DNA from: Octopus sinensis
Lineage: Eukaryota
Length of the DNA stretch: 11,729 bases
Assembly: GCF_006345805.1 (NCBI RefSeq)
Contig: NW_021826877.1
Span: 1-11,729, forward strand
Direction of reading: 5' to 3'
This document shows positions 1-6,652 of this stretch, in pieces. Positions within the stretch are counted from its first letter, which is position 1; the number at the start of each line of letters is the position of its first letter. The translations under genes were made by a program, and so were the position numbers. The notes under the pieces were generated by a model. It was not told the DNA's origin and made no database searches. It saw only the letters and a list, made by a program, of their open reading frames with translations.

Positions 1-551
1 GGATACTGCATTTCGAGAGAATGTTCGTCCATATCCTGTTGTATATTTATTTCTTTAAATATTTTAGTATTTCTCAATTCTTGTATTACTAAAATATATA
101 TAATATAAATAAATTATATTATTGAAATTAATTAAATACATTTTAAATCAACTTGAAGATTTCCTAGTGGTGTCTCCACTATTTCAGCAGGAGACAGAGC
201 ACAGCCTCTAAAGCCAACATGATGACTTGGTCCTAACACAAATACACGTGATCTGGGTAGATTAGGTCACTTTTAAAGAACATGTTGTCTGTATTTATCT
301 GTTTGTAAGCATAAGCTGCAGTTGGTCCACTGTATGTGTAGCCGGCATGTCTGTATGTGATGATTTATATATTATATTACGGGGAAATTATAGCACGAGA
401 AGATTCTGTGAATGACTCTGCTTTGTTGAGGTATTCTTCGAGTTCATTTGACAATGAATCAGCTTTTTTGATGTTATTTTGAATATATACCTCTATTTTC
501 ATACCACGAACCAGCATGAGAGGCTTCTCGTACAAGTGAGTGGGTTTGCAT
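1..551 (-). CDS. MEMO1: MEMO1 (mediator of cell motility 1), 5' part. Exons 551-491, 462-381, 350-282, 252-140, 88-<1; introns 28, 30, 29 and 51 nt. Continues beyond the window start.
   Basis: Manual splicing at GT-AG sites gives an uninterrupted frame: MQTHSLVREASHAGSWYENRADSLSNELEEYLNKAESFTESSRAIISPHAGYTYSGPTAAYAYKQINTDNISRVFVLGPSHHVGFRGCALSPAEIVETPLGNLQVDLKLIQELRNTKIFKEINIQQDMDEHSLEMQYP. It has the MEMO signatures REASHAGSWY, PHAGY, GPSHH and DEHSLEM. Not in the ORF track because of the introns. Confidence 0.95.
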
Positions 552-841
552 CACAACAAATAAATTAATTTAAATATTTTATTTAAATAATAAATTTACT
601 GTGTTTTATAATTAAATAATTTTTCATTTTTATAAATATACTAAGAATATCACAAAATATGCCTAATTTAAGTCGATAAGCAACGACTGAGTTATGCCCT
701 CAATTAGTCTATGAATAGTCCTTTTTGGTAGAAATTTTATTATCATAATAATTTCTTGTTCATTAAATACGAATATGTTTATATATCATTAATGACTGTC
801 CATTACATTATTTTAATAAAATCAGTAAATTGGGTTAATTT
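552..841. promoter_or_regulatory. Left part of a probable bidirectional promoter between divergent MEMO1 and MARVEL genes, split by the Ginger insertion
   Basis: Removing 842-2680 plus one TSD copy leaves about 304 bp between the MEMO1 ATG (551, minus) and the MARVEL ATG (2699, plus). Promoter function is inferred from geometry only. Confidence 0.4.
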
Positions 842-878
842 TGTTACAGTAAATAGAGATACCAGGAAATAGCGATCC
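842..878 (+). repeat. Left terminal inverted repeat of the Ginger element
   Basis: TGTTACAGTAAATAGAGATACCAGGAAATAGCGATCC versus the reverse complement of 2646-2680, TGTCGCAGTAAATAGGTATTCCGGAATAGCGATCC. Two identical 10-bp blocks (CAGTAAATAG, ATAGCGATCC) plus the TGT end. Confidence 0.85.
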
Positions 879-1309
879 GAGTAAAATAATTATAAAATTT
901 TATATTGTCCAAATAGAGAAATCTATAAAGACAAATACTGTGCAGGACGATTTTTTCGTTAATTTGATAATTTTATAAATTAATAAATAGCTTACTACAA
1001 AATCTGCTTTAAAATCGTACAGGAATAATGAAAATATTTGCTTAAGAATAGATTCGTTATTGTTTGAATTGTTAATTTTTTAAATGTTTAAATGACGCTT
1101 TTTGTTAACAATTTAGTCAATTTCGCGTTTTAAATCTTTATGGAGTGTATTTTAGTTTCGATTTCATTTTATTTAAACAAAAATGAAAATATGGAAAAGT
1201 AATTCAAATTCTTTTTTTTTTGAAATAGCAAATAGTTGTCTATTTTCGATTGCAATCATAAAAGAACAAAAATTTAAGATATAAAGAAGTTTATTCCGAA
1301 ACAAAATTT

Positions 1310-2645
1310 TTATAGTTTTCCAACGATAGCTAGTCTATTAATATCGATCTCGTAAGGGGCCTCATGATTGATCAACATATTCGTCGAACTAATTTGGACC
1401 CTGTCGTGCTGTAAAATCCCAACGACAGTATATTCAGTACAATCCAAATGTTCGTGGAATGGTCGACGGCGTGTTGTTGTATTCGTATCTGTGTCGGTGT
1501 GGATGACCACTTTCGTCCCCAGAGGAAAGTCAAGGATATCATTCCTCCAATTAGATCGTCTCCTCATGGATTCAGCAGCACTATTAGTATTCCTCCTCGC
1601 AATATCTCGTAAATCTTCGGCTGCTGCAGAAGCTACTACAAGTCGATCCATCTCGTTGTCGTTTGTTTCCACATCAAGGTCCATGTAGTTCTTGTTGAAT
1701 TTGCTCGGTTCTTGGCTCTTCATTGTAGTCAAGTTGATTGATGGAATCAATATATTCAATGAGTGCCTGAGTATGACCTCGAGCCATTTGTTCTCTAATC
1801 CGTGGGCCATACATCAAATGAACAGGAGAAAAGCGCGTTGTAGAGTGTATCCTTGTATTATATGCGTATGTTATATTTTCGAGGATATCAATCCAACGAA
1901 ATCCATTCCGTTGGTTAATAACGTCGAACTGAGCATCCATTTGAGTGTCTGATTAAGTCGTTCCACTTGACCCTGTATCCAGGGACATCGGGCCCTCCCC
2001 CTGACATGGCGAATTCCAAATTCTTCGCACAACTGCGTCATCCGCGAGTTGCAGAATTCAAGTCCATTGTCGGTATGTATTATGAATACTTCCCCCAAAG
2101 AAAGAACAACACTTCGTATCCTCGGTATCACATCAGCCGAGTTCTTTGATTTCAGTGCTGAAGTCCAACAGTATTTCGTAAACGAGTCCATTATCACCAG
2201 CAACCATTTTTCGCCACTATTTTGATCGCTGTAATATCTTAGGTCCACAAGATCGATAATCAGCCTTTCTCGTGAAAACTTGGCAATTATTGGAGTAATT
2301 TGTCTCCTGGTTGCGAGCGTACGACGAGCTATGCAAGTTGTACATGCACTTAGAACATGATTCACATGTTCTATGCTAATTCCATATGCCAAGTTCTTCA
2401 TATGATTGAATAATTTATCTCGACCTGGATGCCCCGTATCCAGGTGACACAACCGGACATAATCATAAAGTTGTTCTTGTTCTTCAACAGTAAAAAATCG
2501 GAAAAATGATCAACTCCACGTTAAACATAAGATTCGGCGGAAAGTGAATAAACTTACTCGCCCGGAGCCTGAAGGAACGAATTCATTGGCGGTACTGGTG
2601 TTGACGGTAAATTCGCATTGACTAGAAATCAATAATCTGATCCCT
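1310..2645 (-). pseudogene. Frameshifted retroviral-integrase-like DDE transposase (about 446 aa when repaired): N-terminal YPYY-like block, HHCC zinc finger, rve core, C-terminal SH3/GPY-F-like module
   Basis: ORF 1871-2452 has HLDTGH...CTTC, IIDLVD, HTDNGLEF and QGQVERLNQTLK. ORF 1674-1940 continues it (RWIDILENITYAYNTRIHSTTRFSPVHLMYG) after a frameshift near 1906. ORF 1310-1810 supplies the C-terminus (FPLGTKVVI...EYTVVGI) after a frameshift near 1681. Five further single-base additions between 2628 and 2502 restore DQIIDFLVNANLPSNTSTANEIRSFRLRASKFIHFPPNLMFKRGVDHFFRFFTVEEQEQLYDYVRLCH. The core is firm; the N-terminal repair is less certain. Confidence 0.9.
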
Positions 2646-2680
2646 GGATCGCTATTCCGGAATACCTATTTACTGCGACA
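2646..2680 (-). repeat. Right terminal inverted repeat of the Ginger element
   Basis: Inverted partner of 842-878; ends ...CGACA at 2680. Confidence 0.85.
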
Positions 2681-2698
2681 ATATTATTCATTTATTTT

Positions 2699-3214
2699 AT
2701 GGCATCCGACAGAATGTCACTTCCCAAACAAAGTCCAGACGAATCCAAAATATACGACAAGAGCTATTTAAGTCTAATCACTTTTGGATAAGAGTGTGCT
2801 TTTGTGTATGATTGTGACCTCACTGAGCAGAGTGTGGCTATTTCAGTGGTGATCAGTGTTTCTGCAATCCGGGTTCAGCGCGGCTGGGGGAGGATTCGTG
2901 GTATTCACAGGCATGACGTCTCTTCTGTCTAATCTACTAAACATTGCATTATGTTTCTTTAAACTCAATTCTCGCTTCAATGAAAAACACGTGCACATGG
3001 GTGAAATAATTCTAAATGGACTCCTGTGCGTGTTCTACGCCATTTCGGCTATCATTTCGGGAACTAACAGTAGAGTCATGTATGGGGATGTCAGTCCCAA
3101 CTCGATAATCGCGGCGGCGGTATGTCTTCCTCTTAATGTCAGGTCATCTCATCCATCGGCACAGTGATTCACGGAATAGTGGCTTTTCGGTCGTACATGT
3201 TACTGGAGAAATAA
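2699..3214 (+). CDS. MARVEL-domain four-TM membrane protein (CMTM/plasmolipin-like), about 155 aa. Introns 2806-2830 (25 nt) and 3120-3142 (23 nt). Two single-base frameshifts (about 2782-2785 and about 2866) in this sequence, so either a pseudogene or consensus error.
   Basis: Repaired and spliced: MASDRMSLPKQSPDESKIYDKSYLSLITFWIRVCFCSVAISVVISVSA-SGFSAAGGGFVVFTGMTSLLSNLLNIALCFFKLNSRFNEKHVHMGEIILNGLLCVFYAISAIISGTNSRVMYGDVSPNSIIAAAVISSIGTVIHGIVAFRSYMLLEK*. Four hydrophobic helices with MARVEL-like D-x-S-Y-L, E..LN...C.FY and AAA motifs. Introns read GTATGA...CTCAC...CAG and GTATGT...TTAAT..CAG. Confidence 0.75.
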
Positions 3215-3427
3215 TAAATCATTTAAAACTAATTAAAATAGCATTTTAGTCATTAGCATTTTTAAAAATATTCGTTCTAATTTTTGTATTCCTTAGAAAA
3301 ATTGAAATTAGAAAAAATAAAAGACCCTAATCGTATCAAAAAATTAAATATGAACTCACAACATTAATATTGTTCATATTTTTTTAAAAACAAACGAAAA
3401 TAGTCTTTTTATTATTTCCAGGAATAC

Positions 3428-3824
3428 AATTCTAATTAACGGAATCAGATTTTTTTTTAAAAACAATAAGGACGTGAAAAGATAGCTATGCTAATTACTG
3501 GCGTCACGAGACACCCGGCCAGCCTCGCGAATGGCGAAGCCGTTCCCTCGGATCACAGCAATCGACAGACGTTCCAGGAGCCAAGAATACTCTCTTGGAT
3601 CGTGACTAGTCCTTGAAATCCGTCGGCCGAACGAGCGAAGGAAGCGGAGTGTCTTGGGGCCGAAAATCCCGGAGGACTCCACGGCAATTGGAGTAAAGAA
3701 CAGCGAGTTAGAAAGATAGCCGTACTTGAGAATCTTTTGGTCCTCGGCCTGCCTCGAAGCGTGCCCAGGACTGAGCGAGATTTCCAAGCGAGAACGTGTC
3801 CGAACAGGTAGAATTCTAATTAAC
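3428..3824. repeat. 13-bp direct repeat AATTCTAATTAAC at 3428-3440 and 3812-3824 (TSD-like)
   Basis: Exact 13-bp match with different neighbouring bases on both sides. Confidence 0.8.
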
Positions 3825-3837
3825 TGTCCCAAACAAG
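3441..3837 (-). mobile_element. 5'-truncated CRE-clade-like non-LTR retrotransposon: C-terminal restriction-like endonuclease, short 3' UTR and A-tail
   Basis: Translation LVWD^TTCSDT...PGHASRQAEDQKILKY...FTPIAVESSGIFGP...FGRRISRTSHDPREYSWLLERLSIAVIRGN matches the CRE-type RLE C-terminus (WDxT, KxxKY, PxAxExxGxxG, RLSIAVxRGN). Stop at 3491-3493, A9 tract at 3450-3458. The first about 35 aa of ORF 3491-3916 are read-in from flank. Confidence 0.85.
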
Positions 3838-4473
3838 AAAATATTAATTCCGAATTGTCGACTCTAATAATGATATTCACTTTTTTTCTGTCTATAAGTT
3901 TGATATTTTTCTCCACAGATAAGGATAATAACAGGGAATGAATTTTTTTTGATATTGTTTTAATATTTTAGGGCCGACTAAACTCTTTTATTCGAGTTTT
4001 TGTTTCTCCTCGGATGTATTCTTAATTAAAAATAATATTACAATTGATTATAGAATACTTTACGTCTCTATAACTAATTGCTAAAAAAATAGTCAATTTG
4101 ATTCATTCGAAACGCCCTAATATAGTAAATTTAATATTTTTCATATTCAAACCAAATATTGTTGGTTTTTATCTGCTAGTGTGTTATTATATTTAAGTTG
4201 TTAAAAAGTAGTTTTAAATACTGGCCTGAGATACCAAAAAGTCACCCACAAATGCTGCTTTTATATCTCAATTTGATAAGTTGCATTTCTGACTTATTCA
4301 TTCTTCACGTCTCTAGAATTTTTTATATTCCAGATATTCTGGACTGCCTTTTAATTCCTCTCTTAATTAATGTTTAAATTATTTTCTAAGAAAATATTTT
4401 TGTATAAACTTTGTCACCTTCCAGATAATATACTCATATAAAATGTCAAAATAATAAAAAATTGACTTTAAAT

Positions 4474-5163
4474 TTTTAATTCGTTTTTAAACCAATAATA
4501 ACTTAATAGTTAATCAGAAACTAAGCAGATCTCACTCCAGCTCGCTGATATCCACTCTCCTTCTCTTGGAAGAAGAGTCTACTTCCAGCTGCCTCTTACT
4601 CCCCACTACCACATCTGATTCAACCATTGCATCTTCTTTAGCATTCATTGGGTCGTCTTCATTTTTGCATGCCATCTCCACATACCGTTGGAAGCAGAAG
4701 CGTATTCTTCACCAGATACCTTCATTCCGTGCTTGTGTTCGATCATCATACTCTCGAGCGTCTTTTCAGTACAACGGATTGGATGTATGTCCTCGTTCCT
4801 GCTTCAATAGATAATTTCTTCATATAATTTTTGAAGCATTTCGAGACAACTCCATCCCATGTCATAACCACAGGAATTATTTTTACTTGACAGCTATACA
4901 GAAGCGAAAGCTCACTTGCCAATAGGTCATACTTGTGACACTTTTCAACCTCCACTTGCTTGAGGCGATCCTGTGAAGTAATACCCACTTCAATTAGATT
5001 TATTTCGTTTCTGACTTTGTCGTGGACAAAGATATCTGGCTTGTTATATTCTACTTTTGTTTCGGTGAGGATTGTAGAATCAACCCTGATTTCAACTTTT
5101 CCCGTCGACAGTGTTGACTGAACAGAATGTCCCTTCAATCGTCTTGCTTTTTTGAGTCCATAC
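4474..5163 (-). mobile_element. 5'-truncated R4/Dong-like RLE non-LTR retrotransposon, 690 bp, flanked by 13-bp TSD ATTGACTTTAAAT (4461-4473, 5164-5176)
   Basis: Exact 13-bp direct repeats lie precisely at the edges of the GC-richer, endonuclease-coding insert. 58-nt 3' UTR ending in a short A run. A paralogous uninterrupted site exists at about 6992-7130. Confidence 0.9.
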
Positions 5164-5165
5164 AT
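4532..5165 (-). pseudogene. PD-(D/E)xK restriction-like endonuclease domain plus acidic/basic C-terminal tail, frameshifted
   Basis: NKPDIFVHDK...LIEVGITSQ...EKCHKYDLLASEL...IIPVVMTWDG. One extra A at 4763-4766 restores VLKKTLESMMIEHKHG. A further shift near 4680 gives VEMACKNEDDPMNAKEDAMVESDVVVGSKRQLEVDSSSKRRRVDISELE*, with TGA at 4532-4534. Confidence 0.85.
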
Positions 5166-5530
5166 TGACTTTAAATAAATAAAATCAAAATAAATGATAA
5201 AAATAATTGAATTTCAAATTCTATAATTAGTAAATGAAAGTTGATAGAGCTAGTCCTTCCAAATCAAATCAAATAAACACGTACATATAACTAAATCAAC
5301 CACTTAAATTTTATTAATAAGAGATTCCATGATAGAATATACATTTTTGTGTCTATTTCAGGTCCTTGTAAATTTGATGGGAAATTTTTTAACATCTTAT
5401 TAATCCTCAATTAACACGTGAATGTGTTTAAAATTTTTACGATTTAAAAAATTTTTTGTTCAGATTACATTCTTGATGTAGGCTGTAATAATTAAGACTT
5501 AATAACTAATTTTATTAAAAACTTAATCTC

Positions 5531-5593
5531 AGAATGAACAACATAAGAATGAACAATAATATAAGAAAGAGCAACAAGAGCAACAACAATAAG
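5531..5593. repeat. Degenerate short tandem repeat (AGAATGAACAA/AGAGCAACAA-type units)
   Basis: AGAATGAACAACATA AGAATGAACAATAATATA AGAAAGAGCAACA AGAGCAACAACAATA. Confidence 0.6.
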
Positions 5594-5833
5594 GTCAAAA
5601 ACGTGCAACCAATTATCTAATACAGTTGTTCTTTAAATTTTTTGCCTTGCGTACACCTTGCTATCTAAATAATTTTTCGATTTAAAAAAATAAGGAACAA
5701 AATATTTAATTATTAAGATGAATGGTGTTGTTTATCAAACACTAATCTATCAATTTCTGGATCCTTTGACTAAAGATACACCATTTAGCCTCGCACGATG
5801 AACTGTTTTTAAACTAAACAACAAACTTAATTA

Positions 5834-5900
5834 CCGATAATCGGCAAAGTGGCCGATATGCCGATTACCGATTATCGGCCGATTAATCGGTGCACCTCTA
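5834..5900 (-). mobile_element. hAT-type transposon terminus: TIR TAGAGGTGCACCGAT on the minus strand plus a subterminal CCGAT/ATCGG array; the element body would lie to the left
   Basis: Eight CCGAT/ATCGG pentamers in 57 bp, including the palindromes CCGATAATCGG, CCGATTATCGG and CCGATTAATCGG, ending in ...GTGCACCTCTA at 5900. This resembles the TAG(A/G)G(G/A)TGCACCGAT ends of animal non-autonomous hAT elements (recognised from memory). Confidence 0.65.
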
Positions 5901-5902
5901 CT

Positions 5903-6097
5903 ATGAACCCATCTCATATCGAATCGTTTCCAACATTCCAATGCTTAATTTGCTTAACCAATAACACTCGCAAGAAGGCGAGAAAGTGCTTTGACTGTAA
6001 GAGAGATGTCCACCTATCTTGTGTCGGCTTAACTAAGTTATCATCTACAGCCCTCGCAATCTGGAAATGTCAAGCGTGTCACTGTATTAGATGTTAA
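5903..6097 (+). CDS. Orphan PHD finger (64 aa from ATG 5903), probably a mobile-element fragment
   Basis: CLIC-x11-CFDC-x4-H-x2-C-x13-WKCQAC is a Cys4-His-Cys3 PHD with the conserved W. The first 18 aa of ORF 5849-6097 are merely the translated hAT repeat array. Confidence 0.7.
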   Translation: MNPSHIESFPTFQCLICLTNNTRKKARKCFDCKRDVHLSCVGLTKLSSTALAIWKCQACHCIRC

Positions 6098-6330
6098 AAT
6101 TCTCATCAAGATACAGACATTAACAAAATCAAATGCCATAAAAAATGGCTGCATTCAAAAATAAATTATCTCTATGGCGTCTGCAAACCAGCAATCTCAC
6201 GAGTTTCCCAACCTTATTAAAAGGTGGTCAACAATTCAATGATTGAACTACTCGATATAAATAACTCTTTCAACTGCATCCGTCTGGACCACTTCCTCTC
6301 AGTTTGTCACAACCATGTTCATATTTTGTA
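6098..6330 (+). pseudogene. Degenerate internal fragment of a Charlie/Buster-type hAT transposase
   Basis: With one extra A at 6140-6145 it reads QDTDINKIKCHKKMAAFKNKLSLWRLQTSNLTSFPTL, matching the hAT block LQG...K+xAFxxKLxLW......LxxFPxL. A weak HL-SLSQ--SYF similarity follows. Confidence 0.5.
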
Positions 6331-6652
6331 TCCAACTCTCCTCGTCTTAAATATTAACCACCGTAATTTCCTTCCAAATAGTTTCTGAATGGAAGAGTCT
6401 TTAAATTTCTGAGAATTTCAAAAACACTGGCAAGATGTCATTAGTAAAAACTATTATTCTATAAATATATATAATTTGAACATAATCAACTCAATTAATA
6501 CAAAAAGAGAAGCTAAAATCATTTTGTAAAGTGATAAAAATTTGTTTTTAACTTGATTGATTTGAGTCTGGAACTACAATATAAAAATCAAAAATCGTGG
6601 AGAAGTTTTGCTGGCCGCAGACTCCAGGTAAACAATAAAATACAACGATGGG

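Larger units (their letters stand above)
842..2680 (-). mobile_element. Ginger-superfamily (Ginger2/KRBA2-SCAND3-like) DNA transposon, 1839 bp, apparently full length
   Basis: Ends read TGTTA and TGTCG inward, both matching the Ginger TGTNR terminus. Imperfect TIRs at 842-878 and 2646-2680. Flanks ATTT (838-841) and ATAT (2681-2684) form a 4-bp TSD with one mismatch. The interior holds a single integrase-type gene, with no gag, protease, RT or LTRs. Confidence 0.85.

Noticed and set aside
1368-2149. Plus-strand ORFs 1368-1688, 1692-1952 and 1967-2149
   Set aside because: Antisense shadows of the integrase gene; no motifs.
1310-2452. LTR retrotransposon or endogenous retrovirus interpretation of the integrase
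   Set aside because: No gag, protease, RT or RNase H and no long direct repeats; inverted termini are present instead.
2641-2691. ATG at 2691 (minus) as the transposase start (MNNIVAVNRY...)
   Set aside because: It lies outside the right TIR/TSD boundary at 2680, reads through the TIR and needs another frameshift.
2856-3167. ORF 2856-3167 as a complete gene
   Set aside because: It is the middle exon of the MARVEL gene; its tail (CLPLNVRSSHPSAQ) is read-through of the 23-nt intron.
3726-4814. Plus-strand ORFs 3726-3941 and 4566-4814
   Set aside because: Antisense to the two retrotransposon endonuclease regions.
5500-5625. Minus-strand hydrophobic peptide NWLHVFDLIVVALVALSYII resembling a channel TM segment
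   Set aside because: Produced by a simple tandem repeat; short, no start or convincing splice sites.
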